Assembly: GCA_041674405.1 (NCBI GenBank)
Contig: JBAYVT010000004.1
Span: 30,001 to 62,000, forward strand
Direction of reading: 5' to 3'
Source of the DNA: Patescibacteria group bacterium
GTDB lineage: Bacteria; Patescibacteriota; UBA1384; XYA2-FULL-43-10
DNA: 32,000 bases
The position numbers and the translations under genes are program-made. Of this stretch, positions 8,035 through 16,308 are shown piece by piece. The notes beneath the pieces were generated by a model that worked only from the letters and a program-made list of their open reading frames with translations, had not been told where the DNA came from and did not search any database. The stretch's first letter is position 1; every line of letters starts with the position of its first letter.

Positions 8035-9414
8035 ATGGAAATTAAAGCTGGGTTTTTGAAAAAAATCAGTCTAGTTCTCTCGATTTTGCTTTTAGCCATT
8101 CTTACATCAGGGTGCTCCATAAGATCTACGGGCACAACAGAATCAAAAGTTATAACCATATGGGGCTTTGAAGATGAGGATACTTGGAAGCCAACAATAG
8201 ACGAACTATCCCAAGGAAGCCTAAACGGATACGAAATAAACTACGTCAAAAAAACTCTCGACGCCAACTATGAGAATGATTCTTTGAATTCAATTATGTC
8301 TGGCCAAGGGCCAGATGTTTGGGCCATGCCAGCAGATTGGGTTTATCGACACAAAGACAAGCTGGCACCCATGCCAGATGATATGTTGAAAGACATTGAC
8401 CTGGATAATAAATTCGTCCCAGCCATCAAACAATCTCTTGATTTTGACGGGAAGCTTTATGGGCTTTCGCCGGTTGTTAACACCTTAATGCTGTATATAA
8501 ACAAATCAGTTACCGCCCAAGTTCTTTCCGAATTTAATCAATCCGATGCCGCGACTAATGCCGAACAAGCCGATAAGGTAAATACTCTCCTAAACTCAAC
8601 TCCGCAGACCTGGACCGAATTTGCCGACTTTGCAAATCTTGTTACCAAGAAAAATGGCGACCAAATTGTAAGAAGCGGTGTTGCCCTGGGTACAAGCCAG
8701 AACGTCACGATCTCCGAAGACCCTCTGTATGCGATGATGCTCCAAAATGGCACAGCCATGACATCTAACGACTTGCAAACCGCTACGTTTAACTTGCCTT
8801 CTTCGGGAGGATCAGACATACCGGGAAAAAGAGCTCTAGACTTCCTTGCAAGTTTTTCCAAACCGGGTTCTGCCAACTATTCCTGGAATGGAAGCATGCC
8901 GAAAGACATCGAGGCATTTGCAACCGGCAAAACTGCGATGGTATTTGCGTATGAATCTTTTGCGAATTACATGGATCAAAATTACCCAAATGTTGAATAT
9001 TCACAGTCGGCCCTTCCTCAAATTGGCGGGGCAGATGAAAAGATTGTGGATTTTGCGCGATTTAACGCCTTGGTGGTACCAGGATTAACAAAGTTTCCAC
9101 AAGAGGCATGGGAAGTTGTTTCTGCTGTTTCTACCGAACATGCTACCGATTTTTCTAGTGCACTAAAAATTACGACTTCACAAAAAGACAATGCTATGAT
9201 CAAAGTCCTGAAAGACCGGGCGGGAAACTCTGACGTCGGCAGCTTTCAGGCCCAAACCGCTGTTACATGGAACAAGGGGAGGTACCCACTAAATATCGAT
9301 AGCATTTTTACAACAATGATCAACAATGTTTCGTCAAGCGGACAAGATACAAAAGCCGCTCTCGACACAGCAGCATCACAGGTTACGCAAATATTAAGAA
9401 AAACCACATGGTAA
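8035..9414 (+). CDS. Extracellular solute-binding lipoprotein (ABC-type family 1-like)
   Basis: 459 aa; lipobox LTSGCS after a hydrophobic signal; VITIWGFEDEDTWKP, MSGQGPDVWAMPADWVYRH, LYGLSPVVNTLMLYINKSV, FATGKTAMVFAYES. No permease gene in the window. Confidence 0.85.
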   Translation: MEIKAGFLKKISLVLSILLLAILTSGCSIRSTGTTESKVITIWGFEDEDTWKPTIDELSQGSLNGYEINYVKKTLDANYENDSLNSIMSGQGPDVWAMPADWVYRHKDKLAPMPDDMLKDIDLDNKFVPAIKQSLDFDGKLYGLSPVVNTLMLYINKSVTAQVLSEFNQSDAATNAEQADKVNTLLNSTPQTWTEFADFANLVTKKNGDQIVRSGVALGTSQNVTISEDPLYAMMLQNGTAMTSNDLQTATFNLPSSGGSDIPGKRALDFLASFSKPGSANYSWNGSMPKDIEAFATGKTAMVFAYESFANYMDQNYPNVEYSQSALPQIGGADEKIVDFARFNALVVPGLTKFPQEAWEVVSAVSTEHATDFSSALKITTSQKDNAMIKVLKDRAGNSDVGSFQAQTAVTWNKGRYPLNIDSIFTTMINNVSSSGQDTKAALDTAASQVTQILRKTTW

Positions 9415-9767
9415 AAATCAAAAAAACAAAAAAAACTGCTTTAATTTTCGCCGCCACCACATTGATCTCTGTGCTGCCCGGGTTTGCCAGCGCATTTACC
9501 ACCGGAGTTGCAATAAATGGCAAAACAACTTTCTCCAGTTATATGGACTGGATGAAATCAATTTTTGGCTTTGCCATGAAACTTGGAGCGGTTTTAACTA
9601 CCCTAATGATACTCTATGCCGCAATCAAATATATCACCTCGCAAGGCAATTCTAGTGCTACCAATGAAGCAAAGGACATAATTATCGGCAGCCTGTCCGG
9701 CTTCGCCATGCTGCTTCTCATTTATTTAATTCTTAATGTTTTGGGGCTAAAAAGCTTTGCGTTTTAG
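9408..9767 (+). CDS. VirB2/TrbC-like small two-TM (pilin-like) protein, module 1
   Basis: 119 aa; signal-like N-terminus, then MKLGAVLTTLMILYAAIKYITSQGNSSATNEAKDIIIGSLSGFAMLLLIYLILNVLGL. ATG overlaps the stop of the preceding gene. Confidence 0.7.
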   Translation: MVKIKKTKKTALIFAATTLISVLPGFASAFTTGVAINGKTTFSSYMDWMKSIFGFAMKLGAVLTTLMILYAAIKYITSQGNSSATNEAKDIIIGSLSGFAMLLLIYLILNVLGLKSFAF

Positions 9768-9776
9768 TTAGTTAAA

Positions 9777-11975
9777 ATGAAAAGTTATAAATTCATAAAA
9801 TCCATTTCTCGATACCTCATAGTTTTTGCTGTTTTTGCAACCGCTACCTCCGCCATGGTTTTTGCTGTGCAAAATAACCAGGTGGGCGCGGACACAACAA
9901 CAGGTGTCAATTCCGCTGCCACTTCTGGAACAAGCAGCACGGGAGTCTCATCCGGAAAGGATTCCTCAGACGCTAAAAAAACTATTTCCGCTACCCCTAA
10001 CTACAAAGTTGTTAAGTCATCTTCCGGTACCTCCGCCAAGATGGTCTTGGTTTCGGTCACAAATGAAGAAATTACTGGAGCTGATTATACAAACTCCACC
10101 ACCAGCTATGGCATTACAAAATCCAAAGACAGCGCTACATGCGAAAACATACTTTCCCTTGATGAATATTGTTACATTTTGACCTACAACCAAGAGTGGA
10201 TCAAGCCTTCGGTCATTGATCCGATAAGCCCATCCTGGATATTTCTTGAAGAAATAAAGGGCCGCGCGACCACAGCAAGTGACTCATCTTCTCTCACCAT
10301 TATTAACAATGCCGAAGCCAGTTTTGCTTCGACTGCGCTCCAGAAATGGGACGGAGTAGATCTCTCGCAAATATCTCAGGGCGACGGGCAGATTATCATT
10401 CGATCAGAGGCTTTTTTCGATGCACTTGACGCAGATAAATTGACCTCAACCGGGTCTTATGTCACCTATTCGGCACCACAAGACAAGAAAACCTCCAGTG
10501 GAACAACTTCGAAACAGCTCATTGTGAAACTGGCACCAGCGTATCCGGATGCAAAAGCTGAATCGCTATGGATGGACGCAATTGATTTCACTTTGGGATC
10601 TGTAATTATCCCCTGGCAAGAAACCTTTCATGTGGATTTGTCGGACAAAAAATTAGCGCTTGAGAATCATCGAAAGGCATATGCAAACTATGCTGATGTG
10701 GCATCGTCAAAAACAGATGTGAACGGAACAGCCTTGAAAATTTCCGGCCCGCAAAAAATCATTATTGGCACCGATGGCTCGGCAAAAACAGACGGCGGTT
10801 TCAGTGTCACCATTGATCCTACCAAATTTACCAAACCCGAGAGAGGATACAAAACCCAGGTGTATATTAAGCCAACTGTCAAAAATGGGGATGCTGTTTT
10901 CACTTATTTACAATCTACCGATCCGGCCGCAACGTCATTTCCCTTTACTTGGTCTGCGATTGCCACAAATCCTTATGCCACCTCTATTCTCGCCGATGGT
11001 TCAGTAAAAACATATGACGATAGTGAGATCAAAGCTAATGGAATAATGTCTTACGAAAAAAATTATCCGCAGTCATACACCGTCACCGCCATCACATACA
11101 ATCAAGATGATTCGGAAAAAGAGAGAGTCGTTATGACTTTCGATACGATCGGCGATTCTTCATTTACCGAAGCACCGAAGGTTGGTTCGGGCAATATCAC
11201 AAATGGGCATATCTCGATTTCTGTCCCACAAAACACATTCACTAAAGCTGACAGGCAGCCAGTTCATTACACGATTCAGCTCGCAGATACAAACAATCCT
11301 AAAAAAATGAAAAAGATTGTTGTCTGGACATGCGGAGGAACAGCATCTGCAACAATAGCAGGGGATTCAAGCAACTGCGTCGGCACAGGAAATATCGAGC
11401 AAACAATCGCTGCATTTATAATGAGCGACATTCGCCCAGCCGACAAGCCAACCTGGAAAGAACTTGCATATGATGAAAACGGAGAGGCTACTCTTCAGGG
11501 CGATTGGGATATTTCGGGTACAAATGTCGGCACATTTTCCTTGATGGCCAAGGCACATAGTGCCAATTCGGATGATTCGGGCGGTATGGCTTCATATGTT
11601 CCCGGCAGCAAAGTTGCCGTCACCGTGAGCATAACCGATTCGAAACTCAATGATGGAGGTGGTTTAGATACTAAGTTTACCGACCTCCTCAAGCTCGGGA
11701 AAAAAGCATCATCAAATGCCAGAGGGTCTTCAATTACAGACTTAACAGGGGCAGCCACCAGGGTTGTAAATATAATTTTGTCTGCCCTCAGTGCGATTTG
11801 CGTGTTGGCAATAATAATCGGCGGAATACAATACATCTCATCAGGGGGAGATCCGGCCAAAGCTGAAAAGGGCAAAAAAACTGTTATCTATGCTGTTTAT
11901 GGAATCGTTTTAGCAATATTAGGATTTTTTATTGAATATGTGGTTATTGACTTAATTCACCAAATACTAAAATGA
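9777..11975 (+). CDS. Large secreted protein with C-terminal VirB2/TrbC-like two-TM module (module 2)
   Basis: 732 aa; signal peptide-like MKSYKFIKSISRYLIVFAVFATATSAMVFA, Ser/Thr-rich linker, long soluble region, C-terminal VVNIILSALSAICVLAIIIGGIQYISSGGDPAKAEKGKKTVIYAVYGIVLAILGFFIEYVV. Confidence 0.7.
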   Translation: MKSYKFIKSISRYLIVFAVFATATSAMVFAVQNNQVGADTTTGVNSAATSGTSSTGVSSGKDSSDAKKTISATPNYKVVKSSSGTSAKMVLVSVTNEEITGADYTNSTTSYGITKSKDSATCENILSLDEYCYILTYNQEWIKPSVIDPISPSWIFLEEIKGRATTASDSSSLTIINNAEASFASTALQKWDGVDLSQISQGDGQIIIRSEAFFDALDADKLTSTGSYVTYSAPQDKKTSSGTTSKQLIVKLAPAYPDAKAESLWMDAIDFTLGSVIIPWQETFHVDLSDKKLALENHRKAYANYADVASSKTDVNGTALKISGPQKIIIGTDGSAKTDGGFSVTIDPTKFTKPERGYKTQVYIKPTVKNGDAVFTYLQSTDPAATSFPFTWSAIATNPYATSILADGSVKTYDDSEIKANGIMSYEKNYPQSYTVTAITYNQDDSEKERVVMTFDTIGDSSFTEAPKVGSGNITNGHISISVPQNTFTKADRQPVHYTIQLADTNNPKKMKKIVVWTCGGTASATIAGDSSNCVGTGNIEQTIAAFIMSDIRPADKPTWKELAYDENGEATLQGDWDISGTNVGTFSLMAKAHSANSDDSGGMASYVPGSKVAVTVSITDSKLNDGGGLDTKFTDLLKLGKKASSNARGSSITDLTGAATRVVNIILSALSAICVLAIIIGGIQYISSGGDPAKAEKGKKTVIYAVYGIVLAILGFFIEYVVIDLIHQILK

Positions 11976-12283
11976 TGCATAAAATTATTTCTATCGCTAT
12001 GGCTGCGGATGACCTTAAGCTGCCGGAGAAATCTGGTGGCACAGAGGCTGATCTTGGCACTGTTCTTGGCTTTCTTGAAAAAATTATTTCTATTGCCATG
12101 GATATCGCCATAATCCTCGGTGTTATTATGATTTTTGTTTCCGCCTTTATATATGCAAGCTCTTTCGGCGAAGAATCCAAGGCAGAAACTGCCAAAAAGA
12201 CTCTTTTGTGGGCAGTTATCGGAACAGGCGTAGCATTCTTGGCAAAGATTATTGTTGACAACCTTGATCTGCTTTTGGGTTAG
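11972..12283 (+). CDS. VirB2/TrbC-like small two-TM protein, module 3
   Basis: 103 aa; IISIAMDIAIILGVIMIFVSAFIYASSFGEESKAETAKKTLLWAVIGTGVAFLAKIIVDNL; start overlaps the previous stop (ATGA). Confidence 0.7.
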   Translation: MMHKIISIAMAADDLKLPEKSGGTEADLGTVLGFLEKIISIAMDIAIILGVIMIFVSAFIYASSFGEESKAETAKKTLLWAVIGTGVAFLAKIIVDNLDLLLG

Positions 12284-12366
12284 CGCATCAATAATGTTAT
12301 TTGACAAGCAAAAAATATGTGCTTAAAATTGTTCTTAGTGGACTTAAATAATAAGACGGAGGGCGA

Positions 12367-12684
12367 ATGAATTTAGTAGAAAAGGCGTACGCGGTTAGCA
12401 AAAACCAGTGGACTGGTTTGCTAAACCCAACAGCCACCACTTCGGGAAACTGGCAAGATATTGTTAATAACGTTATTAACATTGTCTTGATGGTAGCTGG
12501 TGCATTAGCGGTTATTTATCTAATCTATTCTGGCATTCTCTACATTACTGCGGCAGGTAATCCGGATTCAGCCAAAAAGGGTCAGCAAGGCATTATCAAT
12601 GCTGTGATCGGTATTGTGATCATCGTTGCCGCATTCTTCATCGTCAGAGCAGCAATGGGTCTTGCTGGGCAAGCTACAAAATAA
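12367..12684 (+). CDS. VirB2/TrbC-like small two-TM protein, module 4
   Basis: 105 aa; NVINIVLMVAGALAVIYLIYSGILYITAAGNPDSAKKGQQGIINAVIGIVIIVAAFFIVRAAMGLAG. Confidence 0.75.
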   Translation: MNLVEKAYAVSKNQWTGLLNPTATTSGNWQDIVNNVINIVLMVAGALAVIYLIYSGILYITAAGNPDSAKKGQQGIINAVIGIVIIVAAFFIVRAAMGLAGQATK

Positions 12685-12694
12685 GATCAATTGG

Positions 12695-14359
12695 TTAATC
12701 TTTCGTTACGCGCCAGACTTCTTCTGCAGTCGTAACGCCCGATAAAACTTTTGAAAGTCCGTCCTGTTCCATGGTAATCATGCCTGAAGACAGGGCGGCT
12801 TTTGTAAATTCCGAGAGTCCGGCTTTTTCGAATAATAGTTTATCGATTGACTCGTTTGGAACAAGCACTTCAATAATTACTTGCCGGCCAGAAAACCCGA
12901 CATTTCTACATTTTCCACATCCTTTTCCGCGTTTTAGCTTGGGAGCGGCACTTGATAACAAATTTTGGGATGCAGGATCCAATAATTTTTGAATAGGCAA
13001 CAAAGAGTCTTGAATTTCTTTCCAGACTTCAGGGCTGGGAGTATATTCCTCGGCACAAGCCGGGCATATTCTGCGCACGAGCCGCTGAGCCATAACCAAG
13101 TTTATTGATCCTGACAAGAGGAATGGTTTTACGCCAATATCAAGCAATCGGACAAAAACTCCGGGTGCAGAGTTGGCGTGAATAGTAGAGAGCAGCAAAT
13201 GGCCCGTCATGGCAGCCTGTATCGCAATTTCCGCCGTTTCGGTGTCTCTTACCTCCCCTACCATTAAAATGTCAGGATCTTGGCGCAGAGAGGCTCTAAG
13301 ACCCAAGGCGAAGGTATATCCCTCCTCTTTTTCAACCTGGCTCTGCTCCACACCGGGAATGTGATACTCGACAGGATCCTCAAGAGTGATTATTTTTACA
13401 TTTGACTTATTGAGCTCATGTAAAATTGCATAAAGCGTAGAGGATTTACCTGAACCGGTCGGTCCAGAAGTTAGAATCATCCCATGCGGCTTCGAAATTG
13501 CTGCCTCGATTACAGATAGCGCATCGGGCCTTATGCCCAAGTTCTTTAGGCTCAAGATTGACCCAGTTTGGCGGAGCAATCGGATTACAACGCTCTCTCC
13601 GTCAGCTGAAGGTAAGGTAGACACTCTTAAATCGATTGGCTCCTCTCCAAACTTGAAAGAAAACCTGCCGTCCTGCGGTTCGATGGCATTATCCATTTTT
13701 AGTTTCGATAAAAATTTTATTCTGGATAAAAGTGACTTATACTGGGACATCGGAAGAGACACGACGTTTTGCAAAACCCCGTCAATTCTGTATCGAATAA
13801 TGAATTCTTTTTCTGTCGGCTCAAGGTGGATATCTGATGCATTTGTTTTTGCTGCTCCGGTCATAATTACCTCGAGGAGATGGGTAGTTGATACGCTTCT
13901 GGCGACACTGGCAGCTGATTCTAAATCTTTAATCTCTTCCGTAAAGTTTTGCCCGGATTCTTTCGTTTCTTCGGCTTTCTTTTTTTCCTCTTTTTCTTTG
14001 TTTTCATAAGCCAGAATGCCGTAAAACAGGCTTGCTTTCGAAATTAATGATTTCACAAATTTCAATTTCGATGTTCTCTCAAGCTCGGCTAGATAAGATG
14101 CCATGGCATCATCCGAAGGGTTGGCTGTGCCAATTTTTACCGTAGACCCGATCTTTAAGTAAGGAATAATTTGAAACCTCAAGGCGATTTCCTTTGAAAT
14201 CAAATTTAAAATCTCCGGCGCAATCGGATAATTTGAGAGATTTATATATGGCAAATTCAGCTTTTTTGCCAATTCTTGGGTATGTCTCTCCTCCTGCTCG
14301 CGGTTGAGGTAAAAAATTGTCTTATTAAGATCAGGCAAGTTCCCTCCGGTCAAAAACAA
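12695..14359 (-). CDS. pilB: Type II/IV secretion / type IV pilus assembly ATPase (GspE/PilB family)
   Basis: 554 aa; Walker A GMILTSGPTGSGKSSTLYAILHELN, EDPVEYHIPGVEQSQV, GEVRDTETAEIAIQAAMTGHLLLSTIHANSAPG, tetra-Cys CPAC...CGKC, DUF/MshEN-like N-terminus. Confidence 0.92.
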   Translation of the reverse strand: MFLTGGNLPDLNKTIFYLNREQEERHTQELAKKLNLPYINLSNYPIAPEILNLISKEIALRFQIIPYLKIGSTVKIGTANPSDDAMASYLAELERTSKLKFVKSLISKASLFYGILAYENKEKEEKKKAEETKESGQNFTEEIKDLESAASVARSVSTTHLLEVIMTGAAKTNASDIHLEPTEKEFIIRYRIDGVLQNVVSLPMSQYKSLLSRIKFLSKLKMDNAIEPQDGRFSFKFGEEPIDLRVSTLPSADGESVVIRLLRQTGSILSLKNLGIRPDALSVIEAAISKPHGMILTSGPTGSGKSSTLYAILHELNKSNVKIITLEDPVEYHIPGVEQSQVEKEEGYTFALGLRASLRQDPDILMVGEVRDTETAEIAIQAAMTGHLLLSTIHANSAPGVFVRLLDIGVKPFLLSGSINLVMAQRLVRRICPACAEEYTPSPEVWKEIQDSLLPIQKLLDPASQNLLSSAAPKLKRGKGCGKCRNVGFSGRQVIIEVLVPNESIDKLLFEKAGLSEFTKAALSSGMITMEQDGLSKVLSGVTTAEEVWRVTKD

Positions 14360-14464
14360 AAGTCAAAAATATGCAAATTTAGTTCAATTATAGAACACCC
14401 GGACAAATAATACCAATGGACAATTTCGGGCAAAGATGATAATGTTTGAGTCTGAAGACCTTAC

Positions 14465-14551
14465 GGTGAGGTGCTAGAGTGGTTGAATAGGCCGGTCTCG
14501 AAAACCGGTATGCCCGCAAGGGTATCGTGGGTTCAAATCCCACCCTCACCG
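14465..14551 (+). tRNA. tRNA-Ser (anticodon CGA), CCA encoded at 14552-14554
   Basis: GGTGAGGTGCTAGAGTGGTTGAATAGGCCGGTCTCGAAAACCGGTATGCCCGCAAGGGTATCGTGGGTTCAAATCCCACCCTCACCG; anticodon loop CTCGAAA, long variable arm. Confidence 0.95.
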
Positions 14552-14555
14552 CCAT
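14535..14555 (+). repeat. 21-nt direct repeat, copy 1 (3' end of tRNA-Ser-CGA)
   Basis: AAATCCCACCCTCACCGCCAT, identical to 14707-14727. Confidence 0.9.
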
Positions 14556-14706
14556 CCCACGTTGCCCGATTTATCGGGCTATGCGGGATGAAGAACAGAA
14601 TTTGAACGGGAAGGGGTCGGGAAACGGGAGTTTCCCGCTTCGGAAAAAACTAAAAACCGAGGGTTTTTAGAAGCTTGTCTCGAGGAACCGAGAGGCGAAG
14701 CGCTCG

Positions 14707-14727
14707 AAATCCCACCCTCACCGCCAT
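14707..14727 (+). repeat. 21-nt direct repeat, copy 2 (orphan tRNA-Ser 3' end)
   Basis: AAATCCCACCCTCACCGCCAT, identical to 14535-14555, preceded by a degenerate TGTCTCGAGGAACCGAGAGGCGAAG. Confidence 0.9.
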
Positions 14728-14751
14728 TTGACGAGTTTATATCTCCAACTG

Positions 14752-14784
14752 AAAAAGCCGGCGCAAACTTCACGCCGACTTTTT
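14752..14784. terminator. Bidirectional terminator-like hairpin closing the GC-rich methyltransferase/GNAT island
   Basis: AAAAAGCCGGCG-caaacttca-CGCCGACTTTTT. Confidence 0.65.
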
Positions 14785-14797
14785 AGTTCCTCACCTC

Positions 14798-15517
14798 CTA
14801 TTTCACCGCGCAGATTATGTCGTAGTTGGGCTCTGCCGCAAGGTTTGGTCTCAAGACTCTCTTCACCCCTAGCCCCCGAACAAGCCCTTCCATTTCGTTT
14901 GGCGCAAGCAAATACGAAAGTGAGCGGTTCTGGAACTGCTGCCCGCGAACGATACCCTTCCCCTCTATCACCCGCGTTCGCCGAAACCAATCGTGGGTGA
15001 TGTCAACCGCCATGCTGTAGCCGAGGAAGGAAAGGTTCAGGTGACCACCACCCTGATCAATCTCGTGCTGTGAGATCGTGTCGAGGTAGAGAAGTCCGCC
15101 GCTTTTTAAGGCAGCGAGCATTTCTTTTAGGCTTCTTCCGATCTCCATGCGACACCGACCAGGATCGAAGATATCGCCCTTCCCCCAGCCCCCCACGTTT
15201 GTTAAGCTGTTACCTCTGCATATCACAGCGTCGAAAGTCCTGGCCAGCTCGCGAGCCTTCCGCCAATCCAGTTTGCGAAACTCAATCGCCGGATGGCTGT
15301 GGCGAGCAGTGGCGATGTCGATCATCTCTTCGTCCGCATCGATCCCGACCCCTGTAAAGCCGCGCTCTGCTAAACCGTGCAGCACATGCCCACCGCCGCA
15401 TCCACACTCGATGATTGTTCTGACGCCGAGTTCCCGCAGTAAATCCGCTAGTTCTTTGATGAACTCCGAGCCATACATCAGCTCGGACAAGATTACCCAC
15501 TGCTGTGACAGAGTCAC
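14798..15517 (-). CDS. Class I SAM-dependent methyltransferase
   Basis: 239 aa; VRTIIECGCGGGHVLHGLAERGFTGVGIDADEEMIDIA (motif I), TFDAVICRGNSLTNVGG (motif II). GTG start preceded by AAGGAGG; overlaps upstream stop by 4 nt (GTGA). Confidence 0.85.
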   Translation of the reverse strand: MTLSQQWVILSELMYGSEFIKELADLLRELGVRTIIECGCGGGHVLHGLAERGFTGVGIDADEEMIDIATARHSHPAIEFRKLDWRKARELARTFDAVICRGNSLTNVGGWGKGDIFDPGRCRMEIGRSLKEMLAALKSGGLLYLDTISQHEIDQGGGHLNLSFLGYSMAVDITHDWFRRTRVIEGKGIVRGQQFQNRSLSYLLAPNEMEGLVRGLGVKRVLRPNLAAEPNYDIICAVK

Positions 15518-16158
15518 GTGCCTTCAACCTCCTTCATCATGATCACTCGCAGGCCTCCTGTTGCTGCGTCCTCCGGAATAAAATCCGGAGCTATCCAGAG
15601 AAACTTACCCCCAAGCCGGTAGTAGAAGGCCAAGAGCGGGTCGAGGCAAAGTTCGCGATCAGTAGGAAAGGGCCCTCCCGCGAGATGTCGATCTATCGCC
15701 TCCTTGAACGCGGGCCTTTGTCTAATCCCTTCTCTTGGGCTTCCATTGTAGGAGGCCGGCCTCCCGTCAGCTATTCCAAGGATGCAACCATCCGACTTAA
15801 TTCGACCAAGCATAGCTTGCGCCAGTAATACTGCTGTGCGGGCATTGCGATACTTATCCTGCACGTTGAGGTTGTAGACGAAGGCACAATCATGGCTGGT
15901 CTCCATCGGCATCGTCGAGAACTCCCCAAAGTTTCTGGAAAATGCTTTGGGATCACTCGGATAAAACCGGGAGTAGGAAAAGCAGATTTTCCCAACCAGC
16001 TCCCCGTCCAGTCTGGCCCCAAGCATGATGTGTCCAAGGCGCAGCCGCTGCTCGATCAGCTCACGGCTGGCGCGCAGATAGGGCGGGAACGACAGGTTCT
16101 CGTCTTCGAGGATTTCGTCCAAATCCTCGAAAGACAACTCGACTATCATCGTGTCCAT
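15514..16158 (-). CDS. GNAT-like acyltransferase (start trimmed from ORF-track 16299)
   Basis: ATG at 16156-16158 (MDTMIVELSFEDLDEIL...) preceded by AAAGGAGGCGAGACATT; VYNLNVQDKYRNARTAVLLAQAMLGRIKSDG resembles GNAT motif A. The track's N-terminal 44 or so residues overlap a promoter-like element. Confidence 0.65.
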   Translation of the reverse strand: MDTMIVELSFEDLDEILEDENLSFPPYLRASRELIEQRLRLGHIMLGARLDGELVGKICFSYSRFYPSDPKAFSRNFGEFSTMPMETSHDCAFVYNLNVQDKYRNARTAVLLAQAMLGRIKSDGCILGIADGRPASYNGSPREGIRQRPAFKEAIDRHLAGGPFPTDRELCLDPLLAFYYRLGGKFLWIAPDFIPEDAATGGLRVIMMKEVEGT

Positions 16159-16194
16159 AATGTCTCGCCTCCTTTGGATTCTTCGAAACAAAAA

Positions 16195-16223
16195 ATTATC
16201 CCTCCGTCTTGGCAGGATGTCAA
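16195..16223 (-). promoter_or_regulatory. Sigma70-like promoter for the GNAT-methyltransferase pair
   Basis: Minus strand TTGACA (16218-16223), 17-nt spacer, GATAAT (16195-16200). Confidence 0.6.
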
Positions 16224-16308
16224 TAATTTGCACAGGGATTTTGTTAGTGATATCCTTTAATCGAGATTGTTTTATTAAAATGTTGTCAAAGTTTTTCACA
16301 AATAAGTT

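Noticed and set aside
8035-9414. Annotation as part of a complete sugar ABC transporter
   Set aside because: The solute-binding lipoprotein is clear, but no permease or ATPase gene lies on either side, so an import function cannot be claimed from this window.
14718-15542. ORFs at 14718-14990, 14728-15000, 14826-15020, 15070-15357, 15147-15542 and 15282-15527
   Set aside because: They overlap the GC-rich methyltransferase; long spurious frames are expected in GC-rich DNA, and only the minus-strand methyltransferase frame has recognisable motifs and an SD.
16159-16299. N-terminal extension of the GNAT ORF to 16299 (MKNFDNILIKQSRLKD...)
   Set aside because: The region contains a TTGACA-N17-GATAAT promoter and an AAAGGAGG SD directly before the ATG at 16158, so it is more likely untranslated.
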